From the NCBI GenBank assembly GCA_965645245.1, contig OZ287074.1, positions 124,001 to 188,000 on the forward strand: a stretch of 64,000 nt of DNA, in the 5' to 3' direction. Position numbers and translations under genes: made by a program. Of this stretch, positions 23,058 through 35,962 are shown piece after piece. Position 1 is the first letter of the stretch. Every line of letters starts with the position of its first letter. The DNA comes from Massalongia carnosa. Taxonomy: Eukaryota. The notes beneath the pieces were generated by a model that worked only from the letters and a program-made list of their open reading frames with translations, made no database searches and was not told the origin of the DNA.

Positions 23058-24086
23058 TGTAATGGGCTACGAGACCAGTAAGCTTATCACGAGCGACACT
23101 GATCTCGAAAGGGGAAATGCTCAGCGTGAGAGGAGGAAGATAGCTACTACGTGCTAGTCTCCGAGAGTATACGTGATCCAAAGAACTAATGGATGTGGAA
23201 GTGCTTAGACCAAGAGATCTCGTCCGAGACCCAAACGTAGGTTGTTCATAGAATAAAGACTAATTGCTAACGAATACTACAATATTCGTTCTGATATTTA
23301 TCCTACTCACCCCAAGCCTATAGCCTTGGGAGCCTTGGAGCCTTAGGAGCCTTGCAAGCCTTGGGAGTCTTGCGAGCATTACAGCCTTGCAATCCACATC
23401 CGACTTTATCGCATTACATCCAACCATCCCTCAGGATCCATCCACGAACTCGGCGTTCGCTGGATCATCTAGTCAGCCTCGAGCAGCCTTCTAGACCTTC
23501 CCTTGCAAGGTAGAACAATTCTACCCCCGGCTAGATCCCTCACTACATGCCTCAGGCTATGTAGCTTCATTTCGCCGTCACCACTACCTAGTGATGGAAG
23601 GTTACCTCCGACTGAATACCTCGCTACACTGCGGACCTGCCTCTAAACACAAGGTCTAGACAACGAGGTCATGTAGGTTCATTCAGCCGACATCACTACC
23701 AACGTAGTAATAAAGGTTGAAGCTGAAGTTTACACCGGGGAGCCTAGCTCAAGCTGCGTCCAGCGAGCCGTGCCTCCTGCTACCTCTCTTGAACCCTCAA
23801 GAGATCCAGTAGCTCCGAGTAGGCCAGTAGATCCCATATAGAGTTCCTTGGCGTCTCCACAGGAGTCCGCCTACACTCCATGGCAATCTACCACCACGGC
23901 CTCGACAGGTGTTTGATCTGTAAGTAGTCAAGAACGTGATAACAATAACTCCGAAGTTTCGGGGCAAGATGGCAGTGTGTCAGCCTCGACGGCTTATGCG
24001 ACTTCGTACTACGGCATGGTCCACGCTAGTTAATCCCGCAACCGCCATAGGCGATCACGTATCCCTCTAGCGCCATCCGTATTACA
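23058..24086 (-). repeat. 5' LTR of the Gypsy element
   Basis: Direct repeat of 16569-17597. Confidence 0.95.
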
Positions 24087-25955
24087 TTTTAGCTCTTGAT
24101 AAGATGCATCTTGTATCCGAATGGCGAGATTTCCGGCCCGAATACTTCAATCTCGGTGTGCTTCGTACACGATTACCAGACGGTATTCCTTTTCTGGGTG
24201 CGTCTGCAACGCTGGATCTAAAAACCCTAGAGAGCGTTAAAGATCGCTGTGGCTTTGATAACGAAAGTACTGTTATTCGAACAGCGCTTGATCGTCCAGA
24301 GATATACATACAGACAAGCAGTCTACAGAGGCCTATGAACAGCAGTATCGATCTTCAACATCTTTTACCAACACGGGCTGAGAGTCCTTTTGATATTCCG
24401 AAAACGATTATCTTCATGCATTCAATTTCATCTATCAAAAAGGCGTGTGCGCTAATGAAAGTATGGATGAATCAATTGTCCTATCCAATTGAGGCCGCTA
24501 GTTGGGTCGCGCCTTTCTTTTCCTACATGGCCACCCAAGACAAAGAAAGGATTGCGGCTCTCTTCGAAATGCCCTCGAATCAATGTAAATTTCCTCGAAT
24601 CCTGATCGCAACGGATGCATACGGGCTTGGTATTGATAAACCAGACGTTATGAGAGTTACGCAATTGGCTGCTACCCTCGTCAATGGCGAAGCTATATCA
24701 ACGTTTAGGTCGTGCTTTGCGTTGCGGTCGAGGACAGGCGCATTTTACTCTTTTGCATCCTTCTTGGTGCATAGGTCCAAGAAGCGGATCAAAAATGGAC
24801 GAACAGGACGGATCTGATGACGCGGGAATCGAGATTGAATCCAAGGCCAGTAAACGCTGCATCAATCAAAAGGATGCTGATCGGCGACGAGATATACCAC
24901 CGGGTCTTCGGGAGATAATCAATGTGCCTTCAGATGGTTGCGTTCGAGGTATTGGCTTGAATTTCTTCAATGATAAAGTGTATCCAACGTCGGCCTATGT
25001 TAAGCCGTAACCTTGCTGTTCAATTTGCGATCCAAGTTTTCAGACATCAATAGCCGCCAATGAGATGTTAAATAGAACGGCCGAGCGTGACTCGTCTAGG
25101 CGGCCTTGGTTTACCCTTAAACTTCGAGAATGGAGGGAGGCCAAGGCGCAGGAAAAGTTCCCAAATTCACATATGCGATACTTCCCATCATTGATAATGC
25201 CCGATGAGGTACTGAAGTCTTTGACCACTTGGGCGGATCAGATTGTGGACGAGCCCACCATGCGGCGATGGATTGGTAACACATGGGCTGGTATTAGGCC
25301 CTACGGCACCGAGCTTTTAGAAATTTTAAAGCGGGCTCAAGCGATGAGATTAGACGAGGGAGACATGTTCGGGGAATGGAAACGACACAACGACATAAAG
25401 CGAAAACGATTACCCAGCCTAACATGCAACTCCGCCAGTATTGAATTTGAGGAACGGAGGAAAAACTGGATGATCAAACAAGGATATATGTCGAGAAAGG
25501 TTTTTAAGAAGCGAAATGCGGTCAAGAAGAAAGTCTCGAAGGAAAGCGAGAGCACAGAGCCATCGGGCGAGAATCCTGCGCCTAATCACAATATCTCCGA
25601 TGCGGCGCTCGTTGTTGACAATGTTGATGCTCTTAAATTATCGATGAAGGCATCAAAGACCAAAAAAGTGCCTCGAGATCCTATGGAAGCGTTGTCGCTG
25701 AATGTACCCATGGCCCTTCCTCCGACACGATCTAGACAAGAAAGACAGTGCCCCGTCCGCTACCTCTGACTCTGTAAAGCCGCGCGGCACGGATTAACAT
25801 GACTAGGCTATCTCGTGGTATCGATGATTTAATCATAAAAACATACCGCCAGATATCTCGAGACGGGCCATTGAAATGACAGGGCTGTCGGGGACCTGCT
25901 GTGTTTCATCGACAAAATTGGGCTCGGCTTCATACTTACCCTCAAGGTCGTCTGT

Positions 25956-26469
25956 TGTCAGGGCATAGAAGGAATAGGGGCTAAGCTAACTAAGCGGGGC
26001 TTAGTTCTACGGCTAGGCTTAGTCATATGGAAAGCAGTTGGTCTGCGTTACGCGGCTGGTATCTACTGCCGAGAGTATAGTACGAGCGATCGAGATATAC
26101 GAGGATGCTCGTACGATTAGTGAGCGAATGGTACGATACAGTCAGCACAGTGTCCACGATACAGTCAGCACAGTGTCTACGATACAGTCAGCACAGTGTC
26201 CACGATGCAGTCAGCAGAGTGTTTAGCCGGCTTATCCGGTAGGAGTAATGGGCGGTCAAGATAGTTACAGTATCAAGGGCCCAGAGGGTCAAAGGCTTCG
26301 GTCCGGGTATATAAGGAGGCTGCTCGAGGGAGATGCAATCTTCAACGATTAGTCTTCCGCTTTACCTACATACTTCTTTTAGTATATTAGTATAGCAATC
26401 ATTAGTGTCTTCACATTGTCACATATCCCTAGGCCTGGTGTCTGATAATCGCCAGGTCTGACTCTTACA
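25956..26469 (+). mobile_element. Solo LTR (514 bp) with an internal 23-bp tandem repeat (about 4 copies, 26133-26223)
   Basis: TGTCA...TTACA, TSD TCTGT; TATATAA near 26309; repeat unit ACGATACAGTCAGCACAGTGTCC. Confidence 0.88.
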
Positions 26470-26521
26470 TCTGTTGAAATTTCTTTTGAAATTTCTTCGG
26501 AAAGATACTGCTGATTGTATT

Positions 26522-28200
26522 CCGAGTCACAGACATATTCGAAGTAAGAACCGGAATACCACAAGGCTCTCCTATTTCTCCTATCCTCTATCTTTTCTAT
26601 AATGCAGACCTACTAGACATATGTGAAAGACCCGGAACCAACACGAGCGCCATAGATTTCGTAGATGACATAAACGTGTTAGCATATGGGAAAAGCACGG
26701 AAGAAAATTGCAAAACGCTGGAGGAAATTCACAAGAAATGCGAAAGAAGGGCCATTCGGCACGGATCGGTTTTTGCACCGAAAAAGTACGAACTGATACA
26801 CTTGTCAAGAAATCCGAAGAAATTTAACATGACTGCTGTTGTTAAGATAGAAAACAGCATCATTAAACCAAAAACAGATATTAGAATCTTGGGACTCCGA
26901 ATCGACACCAAATTGAAATGGGGTCCACATATCAGAAAGATTCAGGAAAAACTGACAAAACAATCCAGGGCACTGACAAAAATTTCTATCTCCACATGGG
27001 GCGCCACCTTTCCAAAAGCCCGCCAGATATACACCGCCGTAGTTCGCCCGGCCATAACGTATGGTTCTACTATATGGCACATGCCAAAGGATATAAAAAA
27101 ATCGAACGGCATCTCAAACAAGCTAGCCGTCATACAGAATAAATGCTTACGAACTATAGCTGGAGTATTTAAGGCGACCCCAATAGCGGTATTGGAAGCA
27201 GAAACGTACATAGCTCCTATTGATATACATCTATATCAACTTCAGACTCAGGCTAGACATCGCTTGTGTCAGGAAGGTCAAAAGAAATTCATCATTAATG
27301 CATGCAACTCTATTGCAAACAAACTCAGAGGCCGGGCTGGACGCAAACGAGCTCCTGCGAGTACCCCGGGAATGCTGAAACACGCATGGGCCAAGAAAAT
27401 AATATCGGACACACATAAAATCGCGTCGCCGGTAGCGCACCCACCATGGGCCGAACCCCCCCCGAATACAGCTCGAGAAATTGAAGAGGCGCGGGCGGCT
27501 CAAGGTAAAATAACCGCAAAAATTAAAAAACGATATATAGACGCATGGCAGACCTCATGGAAAACATATCAGAATCGCACATCTACGCCTAATCCAGCAC
27601 AGGCAGCCCCACTAACCAAAAAACGCATCAAATAACACAAAACTCTAGCCAAAGCAGAAAGCGCTCTAACTATCCAGATACGCTCAGAAAAGATAGGCCT
27701 AGCCGACTTTTTATTTAGACGTCACGTCCCCGACGTCCTAACACCGAACTGTCCATGTAGCTGGCCGAAACAAACCGCGAAACATGTAATCATGTTTTGC
27801 AAACTTAACAGCAACAGACAGTCAATGTTACGTTCTATAGGCACAAACAACTATCGACTGATTACAGACTGATCCAGAGCGATGAAGCTAGTCACCGCTT
27901 GGTTAATGAAGACCGGCTTACTGACTCAGTTCTCAATGACAGCACAGCATTTATATCATTGACAACCACACGTCAAGTCGCTAAAAGGCGACTTTCCTTT
28001 CCTTTAACCTGTCACCGGTCAACTGTTCTTCAGATAGATCCCTCGACCGAGACTCGAAAAGTATTCGGAGAGATGTCGGATTACTTGGCTTTTCTTCCTT
28101 AAAAGGTTTTCCATGTATTATATAATTCCATAGATTTGCCCGCATGGGCCGGCCTTCGGCCGGTACCACATCGGAATAAGAATTATCATCATCATCATCA
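26522..28200 (+). mobile_element. 5'-truncated Tad1-like LINE (RT C-terminal half + CCHC)
   Basis: GIPQGSPISPILY, FVDD, LGLRIDTKLKW, CPCSWPKQTAKHVIMFC; in-frame stop at 27633; (CAT)n 3' tail; 14-15-bp TSD (A)CTGCTGATTGTATT. Confidence 0.93.
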
Positions 28201-29631
28201 CTGCTGATTGTATTTTAATACATTTTCTCCAAGTTTCTTCAATCCTCAACATAAAGATTAGCTGTTGGATTAGTTGAAAATCGATCATAGCTTCTTTTAC
28301 AGAGTGATTTATGCGCTAGTGCCGTAGCCATGCCCCACACATCCTCCGCGGCCGATTTTGCTGGATGCCTTGAAGAGTTGACTCTTCCAAAGTAAAATTC
28401 AACGATTTCTTTGAGCTTCATAAGGTATGGACCGTTGAGTGCCTAGTTCGCGAGCAAGGTGTCACTATACTTTGAAAAATAAGATCGCTCGTGTTGGAAC
28501 GTCTTGAGATTATTGTTTAGTATCTCTAAAAGCCGATCAGTCTCAAAACTCGACTCTTCGTCACCGCGTAAATTGACAAGACTATTCATTAAAATACTTT
28601 CCTGTAGCCTTATGGTCGCTGCGGAAGAATCAATCGCATGAAGGATGTATAGAAGAGCTTGCGCATATTTCGGGGTGCCAGCTACGCTTGCCTGAAAGAT
28701 CACTGTTGCGTGGCGCAATGCGTGACGAAGTAGTCCAATATCCGCATATTTGATTGCGTATCGAAGTGTTAGATACGATACAACGTGATCACAGAAGTTC
28801 TGATGATTCTGAAATTATTGATCAAGCGTTGGAGGAAGCATATCTAATGAAGTTGAGGGTAATTCCGCGTGAAGTTTGCGAGATATCCTGCCCAACATAT
28901 TCATCCAAGTGCCATCCTGCCCGCAAGTCTGCGCTGTGAGCCACGAAATAGTTGCTTCGATTCGCTGCGGAGCATATCCATCCTTTCGTAAAAACCTAAT
29001 CCACGTCCCAACGATTCTAGCTTGATAGCTCTGAATGATCAGATCCTCTGAGGCCTGGAAATCGTTCGGCTGCACGACACGAGCGCGACTCCACCGATCG
29101 GCGGCATATTGAAGAGTCGAAGGATCAACCGGCTGGGCCTCTCCCCAATGTATTTTTATGAATAAGCTGCAGCATGTTAAAGCGAAGATGCCATAACCCT
29201 AATCCCGGTAAAATCCAGTCGAACCGATCGAAAGATTGCTCCGATATCCCACGACGTAATTCCTTGACAGATTGCATTCTCGACCATGTCTTGAGGTCAC
29301 CATAAATAAGCCGAATGACGCTCGCAAACGTCGAGTCATCCTCCTTGAACTTGAACTGTCGCACAAATATATCCTCCAATATTTGAATATTATTAGATGT
29401 TGTGCTCTCATCCTTCATGACTGGTTTGATAGGAATGTAATTGGTCTTGTATTTTTTCATCTTATTCAGCACGGGCATTGCAGTCGACCAGGGATGTTGA
29501 ACGTCGCCAATCTCTGGGCCATAAAGCGCTCGAATCGCTGACTCTAGATGATGAAGACGAATCTAGGTGCGCGGTGCATTAGCGGTTGAGCGCGGTATAT
29601 ACATCTCGTCCTGTATTGAACTCACCTGCAT

Positions 29632-30115
29632 TGTAATAGGGTAGGCCTAGTATGCGTTCGTTGAACGTAAGACTGGCCTATGTGGCTATGTGGGATACGT
29701 ACAGCCAAAACAACCACCAAGACAATAAGGTCCCGCCTAACCCAGTTAGGCATAGTGTGGGGACTTAACTTATTATGGAGGTGTTTTCGTAGTACACGAA
29801 GTATCCCCTCGCCTCGCCTCACCTCCCCTAGCTCACCTGCCTAGTCTTATCTACCCGTGTCTTTCGGTGTCCGAAGTATTTCGGAGTCCGAAAATACCAG
29901 GTAGTATGGGCAAGGTATGGAAGAAGAGCTTAGGTTATGGATTGTCCTATCCTATATAGATCAATGATCAAGCACTTTAAAAGGGTAGCATTTAGTCTAC
30001 CCTTTGACCCGACCCAACCTATTTGTACCTCTATTGTGACCATCACGTTGTGTAGCCCCTGTGGATCCCATCTTCCAGTAGTGAATGCCTGCTGGGAGAA
30101 GGTCTCCCCGTTTCA
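29632..30115 (+). mobile_element. Solo LTR (484 bp) inserted in the Academ-type transposase
   Basis: TGTAA...TTTCA, TSD TGCAT; a second copy lies inverted at 45944-46427. Confidence 0.92.
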
Positions 30116-31552
30116 TGCATCTCGAGATCACCAGTCTCCAGCTTTCGCGCGATTCTTTCAGCTGATAAAAGATGCGTGGCGGGGCGCCACATATCCTGCC
30201 TCAAAGCGCCGGCATCGAATCCTTGCCCCTAGAAAATTAGAGCGGTAGTGATTGATCTGACGTCTCTATTATCCCCCGTGCGCTCTCCTCGTTTACCTTC
30301 TGCGAAGTCAAAGTTATCGTATGTCAAGATCATGTTTGAGCCTTGTCCTAGCATCTGAACCTTTCGTTCGGCCTCCTTAATCAAGGATAACATGCGCCGC
30401 TGCAGGGTAGTATATGACATCGTCAGGTCAAAATGACAGAGTGTATCTAGAACTCGCCGCCTCGCCCAACCTTGATAAATATAAAGGCCTAAGACGGACT
30501 GAATATTAGTCGCCTTATTAGGTCGCAATTTGTGACAAAGCATTGCCAATATAATGGTGTGCCGGCCGCTGGGAGAATCCAACGTCACATCGAGAGGTTC
30601 CTGCGGGCGAGCCTCGCGACAAACACTATCAATTAGCTCAAGCCATCGTGGCGCCAACTGCTTGGCGGCAGATGCAGCAAGTTTAATAGCCTCCAAGGTC
30701 CCAAACTCGACTGTCGCAGAGGGCGGCTGGAAAGGGCCAAAGGCTGCGTGATCTGCCAAAGCTTTGATTTCTTCACGAAGCGTATCCGCGGCCCAAACCC
30801 ATCCTCTCTCGCGAAGGATAGTGGATATTCTACCAGGCCCAATGAGGCTTGAAAAGTCTTCTTGCCGCACAATATCGACATAGACAAAATCGAAGAGCTG
30901 GCCTTGCGCCTTTCGCATACTATGACGGGCTCGATTCTTACAAAGTGTTGATAAAAAATCTTTTACCGACCAATTTAGAGAGCTCAGAAATTTAAGCACC
31001 TCAACCAGCTTGTCGTAATCTGATATGCGCCGGCGGTGGCGTTTCGCGCCTCCATTTTTCAGGTAAGGCAGGAGGGGAGGAGGAAGAGGGTGAGCTATCA
31101 TTACTGCCTGACGGCGATGGGTGGGGCCGCTTGAGCGCACCGGCGGGAGTCAAGGGACTTGTCCGTAGGTCGGTAAGTGGCGAGGAGGGGCCCCCGACAA
31201 GAGCCATGGCTTTCGTCAGATAGCTTCAATCTAGATAAATCATACAATATCATTGATTGGCCGTCATTATTCATATCATCATGATCTTTGTAACTCAATG
31301 TAATCGCGCTACATGAAAATAATCAGTTCATCAACCTCAAAATTGAGCGAAAGCGAGCAATTTATCACTTAATCGACTCTCACATCGCTTTAATAGCCTG
31401 ATAGTGGTTATAACACATGATTATCGAGTCATCCATCTTGAGAGGTGCGTTTTTGGTATAAAATACAGTCTCTGGTAAACTAATACAACCCTAATCATTG
31501 TATTAAATCCATAAAAGGAAAGGTTTCACTGCTGAAATTTTTATTACGCGGA

Positions 31553-31676
31553 TCTGGCCGTAATTTTGAGTTTTGCGCTCAGACGTGCTATCGCACTGAT
31601 GTTAGTCAGCAGCGACGCTAACCCGAAGGGGCTTAGCCGGCTCATAGAGCCACGCACGTCTGAGGTACTGAGGCAA
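31553..31676. repeat. Right terminal inverted repeat of the AcademH-like element
   Basis: Matches both ends of 54821-55502 (CCGTAAT..GAGTTTTG.GCTCAGAC ... CTAACCCGAAGGGGCTTAGCCGG ... GCACGTCTGAGGTACTGAGGCAA). Confidence 0.8.
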
Positions 31677-32500
31677 ATTTAAAGCAAGATCTTTCAGGGC
31701 TTGCGTGCTAGTCGAAACGACGACGCCCGCCTCCAGTACGAAGACAGATGGAAAGGTGACGGCTGTACGGACCGGACCAATCAGGAGCCTCGGAACTGCG
31801 ACTCGGCAGTCAGTTGAAGTCGAGAGACTATTCCCGTTTGAGAACATCGCCACATTTAGCGAATGCCTCAATGATTTAGCGACGGCGTAAGTGCGACAGT
31901 GGCAAAAATATAGTCTACCCACAGACATGAGGACTGAGCGGTATCGCATTCCTGCTAGGAGATTAGCCAGCGTCGGGAACCGAGAGACAAAACGACACGG
32001 AGTAAACATAAAAGTGGCCTCATTTCCCTCCGATGGCAGAACATCGCAGCCATTCCATTCTACCCATTCGTACAATTCATATCATACTTCCTATTCACCA
32101 GTTGACAATGCCGAGAGAGAAAGCAGAGCGCATTGCTATAACAGACAACGTCTGCATACGGAGGCGGCACCAGCACCTCTGCACCACAGACATTTCGACC
32201 TACCTCTACCGTACCAGACACATACTTGCCCTTGTTTATCATATCATTGTTTCAAACCGACTAAGCAAGCTCCTATTGGTCATTTGTCTGCAGGAGAGAC
32301 GTATACTCATCATCCTGTTTCGCATTGTCATCCATATTATTGTCAGCCGAGTAGTAGTCATATCCCAACCTCTGACGACAAAGGAACAACTACCTCACAG
32401 CTGACAAAAATCGTTACAAACCTCATTCCTCTTCTTGAGCAACTTGTCATTAGCGTCCGAAACACTAACGAGGCACGTACGCGAACTGAAAGTTCTGTTC

Positions 32501-35500
32501 CGAGGTGCTTAGGGACAGTCCCCCCCCGACCGTCCCCCCCTGTGTAAATCTTTGCTAGTAAACAGCCATTTCACTGCTTATCCAGGGTGCGTACAAGCTA
32601 GTAATGCAACTACCAACAGCACATTAAACTCTTTTCGGTTTAAATCGTATGACGTGTTATTGCTACTAATAATTACCATACTCGGTCTGATAAAGCATAC
32701 CCTCACCCTCACCCTCACTTACCATTTGCCCTTGCCCTTGTCCTAACCCTTTGCCCTCCCTAAATCTCCCCTTCCACTTATGCTGTACCTCATATTATAT
32801 ATTTTACTACTCCTCATCGCGATGGAGTTCGATCCCACTTCTTTGGATGCACGGAAGCAACATGCCATTGCCCTTCTACCCCCACCTCACCTCCTCCCTC
32901 CACAAGAAAATGAGGTATTTTCGTCTTGGGAGGAGGCAAAGACTCGTCTTCAAGACTATGCCTTCATCCAAGGCTTCGCGTTGGTCACAGAAACTCACGA
33001 TAAGAAAAACCATTTAATCGTATTAGACTACACACGCCACCACAAAAGAGTTAGAACACTAGAAAAGTAGAGGAGGAAGACCAGGTGCGAGCCAATACCA
33101 AAGTTTCGTTCAATGAGTGCCCTTATCGCCTCCGTCTCAAAAAAAACAAAGACAATGCATGGAGACTAATAGTCACTAACTCCGAGCACAATCATGAGAT
33201 GGCCACTGATCCCTTTGCATTCAGAGAACATCATAGTAGGGACCCTGATCGAACCGATGCCCTAGATCAAGGGAAGAGTCTCCGTGCATCGTCAACCCAA
33301 TATGGCCAAGCAGCGAGAATATTAGGAATCCAAGGACTCCGTCTGTCGAGGAGCGATTATTATAATCTCGCTCATTCGGAGGGAGCTCACACGCCTGAAG
33401 AAGAGCTTTCTTTTGCCTTGGGCTCGTTGAAAGACAGGGGCTTTCATGTACGGTGTAAGGAAAAATATATTGTTAAGAATAATGTGCGTGAGAGACGGGT
33501 GATAGAACAATTTTTTTTTGTAATGCAGAGCAAATTAGGCTGGCTCGACAATTCGTGGGTGGGTTTTTATTAGAAACGGATGCAACGTTCAATACTAATA
33601 AATTGAACTTGCCTTTATCCGTTTTGGTTGGAATTACTAACACCGACCTTTCGTTTCCCGTCGCTTATTGTTATATAACTTCCGAATCGGCCGAATGTTT
33701 CACTTTTATTTTCGAATGTATGAAAGAGTTGATTTATCATGATGATTGCCCCGGGCCTGGGGTGATTCTCGGGGATTTTGCAGCTGGGTTGACTGTAGCC
33801 ATTCAAAGAAAAGCTAAAGCTCCGGCAATTGATCTCGATGCTGCATTGACCATTGCAAGAAAGGTCGCCGAAAATCTAAACCAATCAACGATGAAAGCGG
33901 GCGAGGAGAGATGCGTTTTGCAGCTGTGCACGTGGCATGCGGCCGAGGCAATAAAAAAACGACTGATCAAGGCAGGAAAATATCCCCAAGAAGTGCGCAA
34001 AAAGCTGGATACTCTGATTTGGGATTATATAAAATCCCTCACTATTGATGAGTTGGATGAGAGACGAAGAAAAATGCTGAATGAACTTCATCCCGCAGAA
34101 AAGGTTAGTAGTGATATATCAAATTAAATTTCAAGCGAGTTAGGGCTACTGCTAACGCTACCTCTTTCGCAGGATTATCTCATGAATTTCTATCAACGCC
34201 AAGAAATTCAATTCGTGCATGCATATACTACTAAACTCCCTAATTTAGACGCACATAGCACACAGCGTTCAGAAGGTCTACATTCATTGGTTAAAATGTG
34301 ACCAATAGAAATACTCCTATAAGACAATCGGTGCAGAAAATATGTGATGAGGTGCGGAAAAAACAATTAGATCAGGAGATTTTGTGCAATCAACAGCGAA
34401 TACGCAATCCTAGATTGATCGATAGAAATGCTTTTACGCTACTCATTAGGAAAATTACGCATCATGCCATTGGCCTCGTTTCAAGAGAACTCGATGCCGC
34501 CAAATCATTAGCTGAACGAATCCTTTCTATTGTCCCTGATGGTGGAAGCTGTATTTATGATTGTGAATTGCCTTTAAGGTACGGTCTCCCATGCAAATGC
34601 TGGTTGTATAAATGCATCATCGACTCGGTCCCTATTCCCGTTTCCCTTATCCACCCCCGCTGGTTTTTTGATGGCCCACCTTATGCGGTCTCTTGGCAAA
34701 TGACCTTCGATTTCGCTCGCGGCTCGGAGCCCGAGGTCGAAAAGATCGTCGATGAGGTCGAAGGGACGGGAGAGATTGAGGCGGATAAGGATGAGGTCGA
34801 GCTCGAAGAAGGCGTGTTGAGTGAGGATAGATTTCGCCGCGGGGGCCTTGATTTGCTACATTCTGTGGCATATCAATCTATTGACCTGCATCAATCAATA
34901 GAAGATTCTCATCTAAGGGAGGAGTACGCTCGCGAGCATTCTCACATCGTTGAAAAGTTCAATAAGAAATGGCAAAAGAAGGAGCTGGTAAGACCTCTCA
35001 TCCCCACCACATTCCCCGACGAAATTCGGCCCAAAGAAAACCTCATGTATAAGAAAGGAGGGAGTCGTCGACGTGCCTATACTGGTCGCGAGGCAGCTGA
35101 GGCTAGAGAAACTGAACAGCGACGTACTAGGCGAAAGGACTCTATTGAACAAGGGAGGAGGCTTAAATATAATAGATTGCGTGTTGGGGGCGACGATGAG
35201 GTTGAAGGTGAAACAGAAGGTAAAATTCACGATTTTGCAAAGTTATTGCGCTCGGGTCGGCTAATATTGGGTACAATAGGTTTAGGAGAAAACTTAGTTA
35301 TGGAGAGAATCAAAAACGCGTCTATCGTCTCCGACGACGATGACGAGGTGCAGTATATAAGCACTCAGCCCATTCTCGGTCGTTCTATGGATCCTATGCT
35401 TCCTTCAGATGACGATAATGATGTTATTTTTACATCAGAAGCCTTGTCGGATTCGCCCGAAGATATTGACGATGTGCTTGCCAAGCATAGTCAAAAAGCC

Positions 35501-35962
35501 CTACCTCAGGCAGCGCCGGCTCCATCTCTTTATAGTCTTAGCCAAAACGTGCGCGCCAGTCAAATTCTCCCTACTTCCTCGGCAACAACGCGAAGGTCTC
35601 GGGGTGTGGCGAAGAAATCAAAGGCTCAGTTGGAGTTGGAATCTCAGCAAAGAGTCGAGAAATCAGTCAAACAGGCTAGGGCTCAAGCGAGAAAGGAAAC
35701 GACGATGAGAAAAGGTGGCTAAAACCATGAAGCCTTGAAAAGATGATGTATCGCAATTGGCTGACGAGTTTTTGGAGTTGAAGTCATCGCAATAGGTAGA
35801 TTTGTAGATGTTGAATACACTTAGTCAGTAACAGCAACATTATTAATACGTAGTGTAACTGCTAGCTTGTACGCACCCTGGATGAGTAGTAAAATGGCTG
35901 TTTACTAGTAAAGATTTACACAGGGGGGGACGGTCGGGTGGGGACTGTCCCTAAGCATCTCG
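32501..35962 (+). mobile_element. Mutator-like element (MULE)
   Basis: TIRs of about 110 bp (CGAGRTGCTTAGGGACAGTCC...), 9-bp TSD GTTCTGTTC. Confidence 0.95.
32822..35722 (+). pseudogene. MULE transposase (FAR1-like N-terminus, DDE, SWIM-like region), disrupted
   Basis: CPYRL...HNH, ETDATFNTNKLNLPL, ILGDFAAGL, LQLCTWHA, QRSEG, YGLPCKC. TAG at 33068 and a frameshift in the poly-T near 33510; intron about 34104-34172. Confidence 0.88.

Larger units (their letters stand above)
16569..24086 (-). mobile_element. Intact Ty3/Gypsy chromovirus LTR retrotransposon (7518 bp)
   Basis: 1029-bp LTRs 16569-17597 and 23058-24086 (TGTAA...TTACA, no differences seen), TSD TTTTA, PPT AGAGGGGAGGC next to the 3' LTR, intact gag and pol. 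Confidence 0.97.
16103..25769 (+). pseudogene. RecQ-like superfamily 2 helicase (with Zn-binding and HRDC-like C-terminus), split by the Gypsy insertion
   Basis: Walker A AKTGFGKS, IMPLKTLE, LDKMHLVSEWRDFRPEY (degenerate DExH) rejoined across TSD TTTTA, GASATL, LDRPEI, ATDAYGLGID, QRLGRALR, CVR...PCCSIC, LREWRE. Stops at 16394 and 25008 and a frameshift near 24670. Confidence 0.85.
25833..31207 (-). pseudogene. Academ-type (DUF6589-like) transposase, interrupted by two solo LTRs and a LINE
   Basis: Motifs LGLYIYQG...TMSYTT, LTYDNFDF, DESTT, IYGDLKT, GLWHLRFN, TPKYA, ETDRLLEILN. The C-terminus rejoins across the LINE and LTR TSDs as ...YNQQYLSEEISKEISTDDLEG...GGMFL*. Intron donor near 29625. 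Confidence 0.75.
16056..31676. mobile_element. AcademH-like DNA transposon (convergent RecQ-like helicase + transposase); left end lost; carries four nested insertions
   Basis: Helicase stop at 25769 and transposase stop at 25833 converge. The right terminal sequence ...GCACGTCTGAGGTACTGAGGCAA (ends 31676) matches the TIRs of the MITE at 54821-55502. A second copy has the same layout at 61860-63540. Confidence 0.7.

Noticed and set aside
17859..23181. Numerous short overlapping ORFs within the Gypsy element (likewise within Ngaro and Copia)
   Set aside because: Alternative-frame or antisense shadows of gag/pol without domain motifs.
16103..25769. Host Sgs1/RecQ gene or telomere-linked helicase
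   Set aside because: It is compact, occurs twice paired with the same transposase, and no telomeric repeats are present.
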